DNA of 64,000 nt from Cetorhinus maximus (Eukaryota): the NCBI RefSeq assembly GCF_964194155.1, contig NC_135905.1, forward strand, positions 12,152,001 to 12,216,000. The letters run 5' to 3'. The position numbers and the translations under genes were made by a program. Every line of letters starts with the position of its first letter. Position 1 is the stretch's first letter. The notes beneath the pieces are model-generated. The model worked only from the letters and a program-made list of their open reading frames with translations. It was not told the DNA's origin and did not search any database. Shown here one piece after another: positions 49,742 through 61,165 of this stretch.

Positions 49742-50320
49742 GGGCAGAATCTTCCGGTCGGCGTGTGGGGGCGGGCCCTACACGCTGATGTGTAAAATGA
49801 CGGGCGATGATGTTGGGCGTGCGTCCCGCAGTCATTGCGATACTTCATTCGGCGGGCACGCGCCGGAGGTGGCTGTGCACCCACCGAAATGTAAACGGCC
49901 TATTAAGGCCATTAAGAAATTAATTAAAGTGCTTGCAAACGCTGCCTGTCCAACCTTAAGGCTGGGGGGCAGGCGAAAAGCCCAAGCGGCCTTTGCGTTT
50001 TTCAGGAAACCTGGATGAGGTTTTTCTGAACATTTTATTAAATAAATAAATACATTTTCATGAATATAAAAACATGTCCTCACTCATGTGACACAGTCAC
50101 AGGAGGGGACGTGTTTCAATACATTTCTAAATCTTTTCTTTCATTATTTTAATTTCCATTCAATTTCCCTGAGGTAGCTCCGTGCCTCAGGGAGACTGAA
50201 GCGCTCTTTCGCGTGCATGTGCGAGGTGTGCGCTAGGCCCCAACTCTCTCTCCTCCCCCCTGCCCACACAGGTAGCGCTGAGCACTACCAGCCATGTCTT
50301 ACGCTGGGCGGGCCTTAATT
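49742..50320 (+). mobile_element. Harbinger left end (same family as 18371), truncated at a LINE
   Basis: CAT|GGGCAGAATCTTCCGGTCGGCGTG...GTAAAATGACG matches 18371-18435. Confidence 0.8.
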
Positions 50321-50321
50321 G

Positions 50322-50930
50322 GAGCAGGTCAGAGGCTAGGAATCCTGCAGTGAGTAACTCATCTCCTGATTCCCCAAAGCCTGTCCACCATCTACAAGGC
50401 ACAAGCCAGGAGTGTGATGGAATACTCTCCACTTTCCTAGCTAAGTGCAGTTCCAACAACACTCAAGAAGCTCATCGCCTTCCAGAACAAAGCAGCCCGC
50501 TTGATTGGCACCCCATCCATCACCTTAAACATTCACTCCCTCCACCACTGACACACAGTGGCAGCAGTGTGTACCATCCACAAGATGCATTGCAGCAACT
50601 CACCAAGGCTCCTTTGACAGCATCTTCCAAACCAATGACCTCTAGCACTTAGAAGGACAAAGGCAGCAGGTGCATGGGAACACTGCCACCTGCAAGTTCC
50701 CCTCCAAGCTACTCACTATCCTGACTTGGAAATATATCGCCATTCCTTCACTGTCACTGGGTCAAAACACTGGAACTCCCTTCCTAACAGCACTGTGGGT
50801 GTATCTACACCACATGGACTGCAGCGGTTCAAGAAGGCAACTCACCACCGCCTTCTCAAGGGCAATTAGGGATGGGCAATTAATGCTGGCCTAGCCAATG
50901 ACACCCACATCCCCTGAGTGAATAAATAAT
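50322..50930 (+). mobile_element. LINE family B, 3' end
   Basis: Aligns with 46035-46620. Confidence 0.9.
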
Positions 50931-52941
50931 AAGAAAAATATAAAAAGTAATTTCACTACATAAATTTAAATGAGGGAGTCAGTCAATCTGAGCGAATTTA
51001 TTCAGGGGGAAAGTGATCAGTTCCCTTATTATGTCATTCTTCTGGATCCTGAATGAATCTGAGGAATTTACCTGCAGTATTCCACTTGGCAGCCATTCCA
51101 AATACCGAACATTCTGTGAACATATTGACCACACGAAGTCTACATTCCCTGTCCTTCTGTCATTCCTTACTTTCAAGGTCTGCTCTGAATATATCTCATG
51201 TATGTCACCCATGTCTAGATATGTTAATAAAAAGCTTGTGGTGCATGTGCTTCCTGTTGTTACAAATTTTGGTTAACCCTTTACGTCAATATTTAATATT
51301 GAGATTATCCATGTAAACATTTGGATTGTAGTTTCAGGCTCCAGTCAACAGGTGGTAGAGTGGAGTTTTTATTTTTGGAGTGTCTCTTCCCAACTCCTCA
51401 GTCATCTTAAACCTTAATTTTTAAAGAATATATGCACCAACCGGCCACCAACGATTTACTGTTATGTGAGAAATTGGTCTAAAGTCCTCTCTCGTGTCCT
51501 TCAGCGTTTTTCCAGTAACCTATTAGCATTTCTGTGCCACCTAGTGCTGGATAGCAGAGAGAGCACGAGCAACACTGAAACCTAATCACTCAACATCCCA
51601 GCTCGGGCAGGCCAAGAATTGAGGCCTGAGGTACACGAAGGAGGAAATATGCCCAGAGTGATGGATGAAGGAACAGCTTGGGTCACTCGGCTATACGAGA
51701 AACCTCGATGCTGTAGCTGTTCGGTTGGGCGAACTTTTTTTTGCAGCATTTTCAGACGTGATCTCATCGAGCTGTAGAGCCCTTACATCACATAACCTGC
51801 TCAACCTGACTGTCTGCTGAGTAAAGTACTATCACACGAGGAGGGGGGGTGGCGGCTGTTAAAAGTCTTTCGCAAACCAAATTCCGCCACTGAGAGCTGG
51901 TCAGCAGTACCGCAAACCCATTTCACTATGGATTATTTATAACCTCCTTTCGGAGGGCGCTGGAATCCTGCTTCATTTCTATTCCTGTGACAGACGATCA
52001 ATGCTTTATTGCTGAAGAAATCAATACATGAGGACTCTTACTTTCGGCATATCCTTCTGCTGACAGCGAGCAAAGGGCGCCTCCAGACACAGAGAGAGAG
52101 AGAGAACTCCTGTCTGATCATCGCACAGGCATATCTGCTTCTACAGCCAATTGCTGTAATGGAAGTACTCGTCAGCCTGAGCGACTACTCTATTATATTA
52201 TACGTCTCCTGCCCAGTGAGCCTTCAGTTTGTACAACAACTGAAAAAAAATTCCCTGTCTCTGCCAGTGGATATTTCATTCGGGCTGCTCGCACATCTTG
52301 CAATATAAGCTTTTTCCTTCTCGGTGGGGGATCTCGGGCAGGATGAGATTAATGCTCCCTTGAAACTTGTGCGTAAAATAAATAAATAGAAGCAAAGCTT
52401 GATGCAGCAGGACCTGATTGTCAGATAAATTAGCCAGCTCCAAGACGCACTTAACGTGGAGCAAACTACTCGCTAGCATCCTAGCTTATTGACATTCTGT
52501 AGATTCGTTGGGGGGGGAAACACTAGGTTGAATTTAATCTTGCAGAAAGGAAGAAACTAGCTTCCTGCTTCATTCCTTTGAAGCCTAATTTGAGTCTCCA
52601 CTGTAAGTTATCCTTCTGTTCATTCTCTCTCTCTCCGTCCAGATAATTCATTCTATCACGCCAGTCCACTGCCACTACACCACATCTTAACTTGTACTTA
52701 ATCCTTCCTGCACTTTTTTGCAAAAAAGCCATGTACTCAGTAGCAGGGTTACAAATCAATACTCCTGATATGGAACAGCAATCTGCAGCTTTACAGAGAA
52801 CACAATGGTAAAACAAAGGTGAATCCTTGTCCAGTATCACTGAACTGTACAACAACCAGTATAACTGCTGCATCTCTGCTCTGTGCCTCAGCTACTCAGC
52901 TAAGGTAAATGAGAAAACAAACAGTATTATATTGCACTTAC

Positions 52942-52975
52942 CTCTTCTAACCTGCCTTATCTTAGGACTCAGCAT
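52942..52975 (-). CDS. ARHGAP22: Rho GTPase-activating protein 22, coding part of exon 1 (34 nt)
   Basis: AGC-ATG CTG AGT CCT AAG ATA AGG CAG GTT AGA AGA G|GTAAGT = MLSPKIRQVRR, matching the ARHGAP22 N-terminus as I recall it (MLSPKIRQARRARSKS). Consensus donor; phase 1 joins exon 2 across a 16,709-bp intron. Confidence 0.93.
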
Positions 52976-53400
52976 GCTCTCAGTCCTCTGTCCTCTTGCT
53001 TAAAAGACTCAGCATATCGTCACTCTCCCTTCTCGCACTCTGTTTCACCTCCTGATACCATTACCCCTTCACCAGCGGACTCCCTCTGGTCAGCTGCACC
53101 AGTGAAAACTGTTGTGCCATCCACTCCCACTGACAGTCCTGGAATGATGTCTCACATCAGGCTAAATAAACCCTTATGCATTATTTATCTGGTCCTGAAT
53201 TAATTCTGCTCCAAACTAACCATTAAGTACTTGAGAGATTACCGTTGATAAATCACGAGAGCGCACATCAGGGGTGCTGGTGGCTCCCTTTCCTAATTGG
53301 CCCATGACCAATGTTATTAATATGCCTTTAACATGGCACAAGCAGCAGTCTCTCATCGTCCTGTTAATGTATGCAGTGACTGCAACATGAATTCAATCAA
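52976..53400 (-). promoter_or_regulatory. ARHGAP22 5' UTR / proximal promoter region
   Basis: TE-free sequence upstream of the ATG with an E-box CAGCTG (53091), forkhead-like TAAATAAAC (~53163) and CCAAT motifs (~53296-53312). The TSS cannot be determined from sequence alone. Confidence 0.5.
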
Positions 53401-53687
53401 TGGGCTCTGCATACTTGAGAGGAGCAGACAGGGACACAGAGGTCAAGATGGACACGCAGTTGATAAGCCTGTGCTTAACGTGTGTGTGAAATAATAGACA
53501 TTGTCCCTCGGAGAGGAAGACATGTGTTTTCTAATGTACTTCTGGATGAGGGGGGTTAATAAGGGTTAATATCTGGGGGACACCATGGAAACACGTTGAC
53601 TCGAAAAGGCAAAACCATTCCTTGTAATTGCTATCCTAGCACACATTACTGTGACTATTTTCCCTCGAGTTAAAATGCCCGTTTATA

Positions 53688-53922
53688 GGACATAGAATTT
53701 ACAGCACAGAAACAGACCATTCAGCCCCACTGGTCTATGCAAGTTTAGGCTCCACACAAGCCCCTTTCACCCTATTTAATTTCGTCCTCCCTGCTTATCC
53801 TTCTATTCCTTTCTGCCTCACGCACTTATCTAGCTTCCCCTTAAATGCATCCATGCTGTTCACCTGAACTACTCCTTGTGGAAGAGAATTGTACATTCTA
53901 ACCACTCTCTGGGGAAAGAATA
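53688..53922 (+). mobile_element. CR1 3' end fragment (element on the minus strand)
   Basis: Minus-strand FFPQRVVRMYNSLPQGVVQVNSMDAFKGKLDK. Confidence 0.8.
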
Positions 53923-54684
53923 TCGTGGAGTCTCCTTTATTCCCGCCCCAATTGTCCACCCTTCTGCTTATCCACCAGCATGTCTGTGCGACAAAGCTTT
54001 GCGTGCGACATCTCCTCACTGAACAAAGCCCCCCCGACACCAATCTTCCTCTTCCTGACGCCCTCGCAGCCCAAGAAGGATAGAACCTTAATTTATGTTT
54101 TCTGAATTAGACTCATCTTCATTCCAGTGCCTGAGGTCCTGGTGTAACATACAGGGCCAAATATCTGTGGACTTTTAATTATCTTTGAATGCCCATTGCC
54201 TGTGATTCATAAGAAGAGCGCAAACAAGTGAACGCAGCCCATTCAGAGTTTATTTGGGTGGACAATGGAGCTTTACTGTATGATGTCTGTTGAACTATTT
54301 CAACAAGGAATATGTTCACTTTTCTCATAGTGCGAAAAAGGTACAACAGTATACGACTCTTAATAATTTCATCAATAAAAGATTTTATGTCTTTTTCAAA
54401 TGCATGTAATTTATTATTTTTTTTAATGTTCTGTATGTGTGGTCTGCCAACTGTGCGCATAAAATTGTTAAAGAAAAGGTGAATTATATCGAATTTACAG
54501 CTCAGCTGGTCCAGGCCAGTGTTCATGCTTCACATGACTGGCTTCCCACCCCTCTTCGTCTCACTCGATCGGCGTGCCCTTCTATTCCTTTCTCACTCGT
54601 GTGTGCTTATATCCAGCTCCCACGTAAATACGTTGACGAATTGTCAGTCATTTCACCGCATAAGTTGACATGTTTTATAGTCTG

Positions 54685-55390
54685 CCTTTTAGACGAGATG
54701 CTGGACTGACAATCCATCTGCTCTCTCAGGTGGGCCGAAAAGATCCTCATGGCAGCATTTTGAGGAGGAGCAGGGGAGTTCTCGCTGGTGAACTGGCCAA
54801 AATGTATCTCTCAAGCAACTAGGGCTGCCAACTGGGATTAAGTGTATTCCTGGAGCTTTCATCACATGACCTGCACCCCACGCTCCAGCCATTAGTCGGC
54901 CGACACATCCATCCCTGTGACGCACTGCCTTCCAACGCCAATTAGTAAGCAAAAGCATTCATGACCTAATCAGATGATGTTTGACTGTCAGCCAAACAGC
55001 CATTTTTATTAAAATCAATTTTCAATATTTTTATATCTGGTAAAGAGAAATGTTCAAAGAAAATGATTAAAAAAAAACCAAACTTTTTTCATATCCCAAT
55101 GATTTTTCTCCAGGGTTGCACACAGCAGTCTCCTGGAGATTGATCTTCAATCCCTGGGGACTCCAGGCCAATCTTGGAGGGTTGGCAACCCCTACAAACA
55201 ACACCCCCAAAACAGATTAACTGGTTATTCTGGTCATTATCACAATGCTACCTGTCGAACCTGGAAATTTGCTACACTTCCTACGTCACAACAGTGACTA
55301 CACTTAAAAAAAATGCTTCATTAACTGTAAAATACTTTGGGGCATTATGAGATTGTGAAAGTTGCTAATACTTCCTTGCGCTTTCTTTCT
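54685..55390 (+). mobile_element. Deu-domain SINE split by a hAT MITE
   Basis: ...GAGCAGGGGAGTTCTC...GGCCAA.ATGTATC.CTCAAGCAAC | MITE | ...AAACAGATTA.CTGG...GTGACTACACTT...CTGTAAA.TACTTTGGG. Confidence 0.8.
54820..55194. mobile_element. hAT-type MITE, 375 bp, with 8-bp TSD
   Basis: TIRs TAGGGCTGCCAAC and GTTGGCAACCCCTA; TSD CAAGCAAC (54812-54819) / CAAACAAC (55195-55202), 7/8 match. Confidence 0.9.
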
Positions 55391-55795
55391 AGTGAGTTAA
55401 AATGCTGCTGATCTGCCTCTGTACTGGTGCTTTATCACAGTAGTCCATCAGTAATGGGCTGCTGTCTTCAATTATAGAATCGAAGCATTAATACCTTCTT
55501 TGAATTATCTTCTTTTCTCTGGAAGCAGCTCTGTGGTACAAATTAACTGGTGTTTGCATCTCCTGAGGGATTGAGACCTGCAAGGTAAGTGGCTTCAGAG
55601 AATTGCTGTTGCTGCATGAGGGATATCACTGACTGCTATTTTCCAAATGCCTAGTTCTAACGTTTTGTAGCTGACCACCCCCTGTACAAGCCTTGTCACT
55701 AACTAGTGAAACAAGTCATGCTTGTGGCTTCCAGGACCCTGGGAATAGAAGATTTTAGTTTTCCGAGTTGGTTTTCTTGGTATCAAGTTTCCAAA

Positions 55796-57890
55796 ACACT
55801 GGAGATTGCTCTGTCGCTAACTGGTGGACTGGCACACTGGAGATTGCTCTGTCGCTAACTGGTGGACTGGCACACTGGAGATTGGTCTGTCGCTAACTGG
55901 TGGACTGGCACACTGGAGATTGCTCTGTCGCTAACTGGTGGACTGGCACACTGGAGATTGCTCTGTCGCTAACTGGTGGACTGGCACACTGGAGATTGCT
56001 CTGTCGCTAACTGGTGGACTGGCACACTGGAGATTGCTCTGTCGCTAACTGGTGGACTGGCACACTGGAGATTGCTCTGTCGCTAACTGGTGGACTGGCA
56101 CACTGGAGATTGCTCTGTCGCTAACTGGTGAACTGGCACACTGGAGATTGGTCTGTCGCTAACTGGTGAACTGGCACACTGGAGATTGCTCTGTCGCTAA
56201 CTGGTAAACTGGCACACTGGAGATTGCTCTGTGGCTAACTGGTGGACTGGCACACTGGAGATTGCTCTGTGGCTAACTGGTGGACTGGCACACTGGAGAT
56301 TGCTCTGTCGCTAACTGGTGGACTGGCACACTGGAGATTGCTCTGTCGCTAACTGGTGGACTGGCACACTGGAGATTGCTCTGTCGCTAACTGGTGGACT
56401 GGCACACTGGAGATTGCTCTGTCGCTAACTGGTGGACTGGCACACTGGAGATTGCTCTGTGGCTAACTGGTGGACTGGCACACTGGAGATTGCTCTGTCG
56501 CTAGCTGGTGGACTGGCACACTGGAGATTGGTCTGTCGCTAACTGGTGAACTGCCACACTGGAGATTGCTCTGTTGCTAGCTGGTGGACTGGCACACTGG
56601 AGATTGCTCTGTGGCTAACTGGTGGACTGGCACACTGGAGATTGCTCTGTGGCTAACTGGTGAACTGGCACACTGGAGATTGGTCTGTCGCTAACTGGTG
56701 AACTGCCACACTGGAGATTGCTCTGTTGCTAGCTGGTGGACTGGCACACTGGAGATTGCTCTGTGGCTAACTGGTGGACTGGCACACTGGAGATTCCTCT
56801 GTGGCTAACTGGTGAACTGGCACACTGGAGATTGCTCTGTCGCTAACTGGTGGACTGGCACACTGGAGATTGCTCTGTCGCTAACTGGTGGACTGGCACA
56901 CTGGAGATTGCTCTGTCGCTAACTGGTGGACTGGCACACTGGAGATTGCTCTGTCGCTAACTGGTGGACTGGCACACTGGAGATTGCTCTGTCGCTAACT
57001 GGTGAACTGGCACACTGGAGATTGGTCTGTCGCTAACTGGTGAACTGGCACACTGGAGATTGGTCTGTCGCTAACTGGTGAACTGGCACACTGGAGATTG
57101 CTCTGTCGCTAACTGGTAAACTGGCACACTGGAGATTGCTCTGTGGCTAACTGGTGGACTGGCACACTGGAGATTGCTCTGTGGCTAACTGGTGAACTGG
57201 CACACTGGAGATTGCTCTGTCGCTAACTGGTGGACTGGCACACTGGAGATTGCTCTGTCGCTAACTGGTGGACTGGCACACTGGAGATTGCTCTGTCGCT
57301 AACTGGTGGACTGGCACACTGGAGATTGCTCTGTCGCTAACTGGTGGACTGGCACACTGGAGATTGCTCTGTGGCTAACTGGTGGACTGGCACACTGGAG
57401 ATTGCTCTGTCGCTAGCTGGTGGACTGGCACACTGGAGATTGGTCTGTCGCTAACTGGTGAACTGCCACACTGGAGATTGCTCTGTTGCTAGCTGGTGGA
57501 CTGGCACACTGGAGATTGCTCTGTGGCTAACTGGTGGACTGGCACACTGGAGATTGCTCTGTGGCTAACTGGTGAACTGGCACACTGGAGATTGGTCTGT
57601 CGCTAACTGGTGAACTGCCACACTGGAGATTGCTCTGTTTCTAGCTGGTGGACTGGCACACTGGAGATTGCTCTGTGGCTAACTGGTGGACTGGCACACT
57701 GGAGATTCCTCTGTGGCTAACTGGTGAACTGGCACACTGGAGATTGCTCTGTCGCTAACTGGTGGACTGGCACACTGGAGATTGCTCTGTCGCTAACTGG
57801 TGGACTGGCACACTGGAGATTGCTCTGTCGCTAACTGGTGGACTGGCACACTGGAGATTGCTCTGTCGCTAACTGGTGGACTGGCACACT
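55796..57890. repeat. 38-bp minisatellite, ~55 copies (CACACTGGAGATTGCTCTGTCGCTAACTGGTGGACTGG)
   Basis: Constant 38-nt period (e.g. 55801 to 55839); only point variants, no spacers. Confidence 0.98.
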
Positions 57891-58024
57891 AGGGATCGCT
57901 GAAAATGTTCACCTCTCAGTGTTGGTATCATGAGTGTCCCGACTTCAGCATAACTTTCCCAAATCACTGGTTAGACCCCAGCCAGAGTTTTATGCCAGTT
58001 CTGCCAATTGCACTGCAGCAAGGA

Positions 58025-59490
58025 TGTTAAGCCATTAGGGTGCAGAAATTTACTGGAATGGAAAAGGATCTTAAGTTATGCAGAGAGACTGGTGAAGCTG
58101 GGATTGTTCATCATAGAGTAGGGCAGGGATTGTTCCCTCCGGGACACCCTGGTCCAGTCCTCCATCACCCCCTACACCTCAACCCCCTCCCACGGCACCT
58201 TCCCATGCAACCGCAGAAGGTGCAACACCTGCCCCTCTACTTCCCCTCTCCTCACCGTCCAAGGGCCCAAACACTCATTTCAAGTGAAGCAGCATTTCAC
58301 TTGCACTTCCCTTAATTTAGTCTACTGCATTCACTGCTCCCAATGCGGTTTCCTCTACATTGGAGAGACCAAACGCAGACTGGGTGACCGCTTTGCAGAA
58401 CACCTTCGGTCTGTCCGCAAGCATTACCCAGACCTCCCTGTCACTTGCCATTTCAACACTCCACCCTGCTCTCATGCCCACATGTCCATCCTTGGCCTGC
58501 TGCAATGTTCCAGTGAAGCTCAACGCAAACTGGAGGAACAGCACCTCATCTTCCGACTAGGCACTTTACAGCCTTCCGGACTGAATATGGAGTTCAACAA
58601 TTTTAGATCATGAACTCTCTCCTCCATCCCCACCCCCTTTCCAGTCTCCCTTTTTTCCAATAATTTATATAGATTTTTCTTTTCCCACCTATTTCCATTA
58701 TTTTTAAATGTATTTCCATCCATTGTTTTATCTTTGCCTTTTAGCCTATTTCGAACCCTTCCCTTCACCCCACCCCCACTAGGGCTATCTGTACCTTTAT
58801 TATCACATTCCTTAGATAATATCACCAGCTTCAACACCTCTTTGTCCTTTTGTCTGTGACATCTTTTGGTTATCTCCACCTATCATTGGCCCTCTATCCA
58901 TCTCTACTTGTCCCACCCCCCCTCCCACCCCTTAAACCAGCTTATATTTCACTCCTTTTCTATTTTTCCTTAGTTCTGTTGAAGAGTCATACAGACTCGA
59001 AACGTTAACCGTGTTCCTCTCCGCAGATGCTGTCAGACCTGTTGAGTTTTTCCAGGTATTTTTGTTTTTGTTTTGGATTTCCAGCATCTGCAGGTTTTTG
59101 CTTTTATCTTAATACTTAATAGGTGTGTTAAAAATTAGGAAGGCTTGTGATCGAGTAAATAAGGAACTATTTCCACTGGCAGCAGGATCAGTAACTAAAG
59201 AACCGATTTACTATAATTGGCAAAAAGGCCAGAGGGGAGATGAGGGAAAATGTTTTCACACAGCGAGTTGTTATAAGGGACTAGGTCTGCCTGACTAACA
59301 AGAGAACCATAATGCACCAATCAAGGGAATTCATTGTATAGCTCTTGCACTCAGATACAATAGCAACTTTCAAAAGGAATTTGATACATCCTGGGAAAGG
59401 GGGAAAGAAACCCAGGGGTATGGGACTAATTGGATAGCTCAAAGAGCCAGTATGGGCACAATGGATTGAATGGCCTCTTTTTGTACTTTT
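58025..59490 (+). mobile_element. Old CR1 3' fragment (58025-58115 and 59110-59490) split by a Penelope-like insertion
   Basis: ...GAGAGACTGGTGAAGCTGGGATTGTTC | PLE | TTAATAGGTGTGTTAAAAATT..GAAGG..TGATCGAGTAAATAAGGA is collinear with CR1 ORF2. Confidence 0.75.
58122..59110 (+). mobile_element. Penelope-like element family A, 5'-truncated: GIY-YIG endonuclease, 3' UTR and terminal hammerhead-like motif
   Basis: Open frame to TGA at 58613: RDCSLRDTLV...PCNRRRCNTC...FTCTSLNLVYCIHCSQCGFLYIGETKRRLGDRFAEHLRSV...HF...EEQHLIFRLGTLQPSGLN. Terminal AGTT-CTGTTGA-AGAGTC-ATACA-GACTC-GAAAC-GTT-AAC at ~58972-59009. Confidence 0.93.
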
Positions 59491-60066
59491 TTTATGAAAA
59501 TCAGCACCTTCCCATTTAGTTGTCAACCCATCTCCATTAAATTTGTGCTCAAGAAAACAGGCCTTCCGCAAAATGACTAGCAGCAATTGCAAGCAAATGT
59601 TACCCCCTATTTAGTCATTTCCTTATGCCACAGAGAGGCAAGTCTTTCTTTAATGCACTCTCAAACAGAGGTCATATTAAGCAGGAGGTAAATCTTCCAT
59701 TCCCTATTGCACTCGTACTCTGTCCTTCGGGTTTGTGAAGTTTTGGCACACTGACTTCCACAGCCAGTACACTTACATTTCTCCACTCACACCCCTGTCT
59801 CCCATTGCTGTAAATAATACTCATTCCTTTGCTTTTACTGAATCCTGCCGGTGATAAGGGCATGGGTTTGGCGATGTGACAGACTGGGATGAAGGACAAT
59901 CAAAGCATATTGTCTGAGAAGAGACAGTGAAGCAGAAATATTTATTGTAGTGCGCTTACAGGAATTTCACCATCTTAAGTACTTTCTGAGTGCAGGAAGT
60001 ATGCAATGAATTCCCTTGATTTGTGCACTGCGGCTGTCTTGTTAGTCAGGCAGACCTAGTCCCTTA
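59274..60066. repeat. 82-bp inverted repeat pair (59274-59355 and 59985-60066)
   Basis: TAAGGGACTAGGTCTGCCTGACTAACAAGA...TGCACTCAGA and its reverse complement; first 30 bp identical, roughly 85-90% overall. Confidence 0.92.
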
Positions 60067-60994
60067 ATGTTAATTATTTAAACGTAGTATAAGCGTTACT
60101 TCGCATTGCAGCGCTTGGATTGGCCAGTAACAATGCAGATCCCATAAGTGACTTTCCGTAATGTCCTCTGTGGTTTTCAGTTACATCGTACTGATGCTAA
60201 AGCATTTTCTACCTTGTAAAGTATTAGCCCACCTATGCAAAAACAATTATGAGCAGTTTGTTCCTACCACTTTGCGTGTGTGTGTGGTCTAAGAAGTGCT
60301 GTTTGGCTTGTCTGTGAATGACTATTTTTATTTTCCCGGCCTATCCCTTCAGCTGTTTTAGTGCAGCCGCACTTTCATCTCAGCTCTTTAATCTGCCTTT
60401 TTTTTTCTCTATTTCTGACCTAGGTCTCTTTCGCACTGGCGTTTTCTTTCCTATTTTTATTTACCCATCTCAATCTCACTTCCTCTTCCTCCATTTACTG
60501 CCCAGTCCTGCCTTGCATTGTTTTTCAATTTGTCCTCAGTCCAGGTCTGCTCTCCTGTCGTGTTTTCCAGAGATTTCCACTCTAACTGCACCATGCCATG
60601 GAAATAAATTTCAGTCTCTTGTTCCTCGACCTCTCCCCTTCCGTTCTTCCCCCACTGTTGTTACAAAACTGAGGCCAATGTCATTCACAAGTGTTATAGG
60701 GTAACTTTACTTGACATCAGTGGGTTACAGATATAAGAATTTCTGATCCTTATCCACCACTCCACCCCAAGCTCCCATTCTCTGTTTTTGTTCGACTCTG
60801 ACATTTGTACATCCTTCACTCAGTCTTTGGCAGCCATTTAAATCCAAGTTTAAAAAAACCTATTGGCTTCTCCACTCCCCTTTCTTCCTTTAAGACCCGC
60901 CTCTATCCAACACTTTGACCAACCATTCCTAATTTCTCCTTCTTTGCCTTGACATCCAATTTTTAAAAAAAAGACATTTATGTGATGTCATGTC

Positions 60995-61165
60995 TATTCA
61001 TGTCATGGGATGTGGCCATCGCTGGCTAGGCCAACATTTATTGCCCATCCCTAATTGCCCGTGAGAAGGTGGTGGTGAGCTGCCTTCTTGAACCGCGCTG
61101 CAGTCCATGTGGTGTAGGTACACCCACAGTGCTGTTAGGGAGGGAGTTCCAGGGTTTTGACCCAG
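60995..61165 (-). mobile_element. LINE family B, 3' end, within an older L2-like fragment (~60790-61235)
   Basis: Reverse complement of the diagnostic tail. Confidence 0.85.

Noticed and set aside
51582-51767. Alternative coding first exon (MLQKKVRPTEQ...)
   Set aside because: No convincing phase-1 donor, and no similarity to ARHGAP22 N-termini that I recognise.
55796-57890. CRISPR-like array of 38-bp repeats
   Set aside because: Units are head-to-tail with no unique spacers, there are no cas genes, and the context is vertebrate; it is a minisatellite.
59274-60066. ~800-bp DNA transposon with 82-bp TIRs
   Set aside because: CR1 sequence continues collinearly on both sides of the left copy and no TSD is evident; reported instead as a templated insertion.
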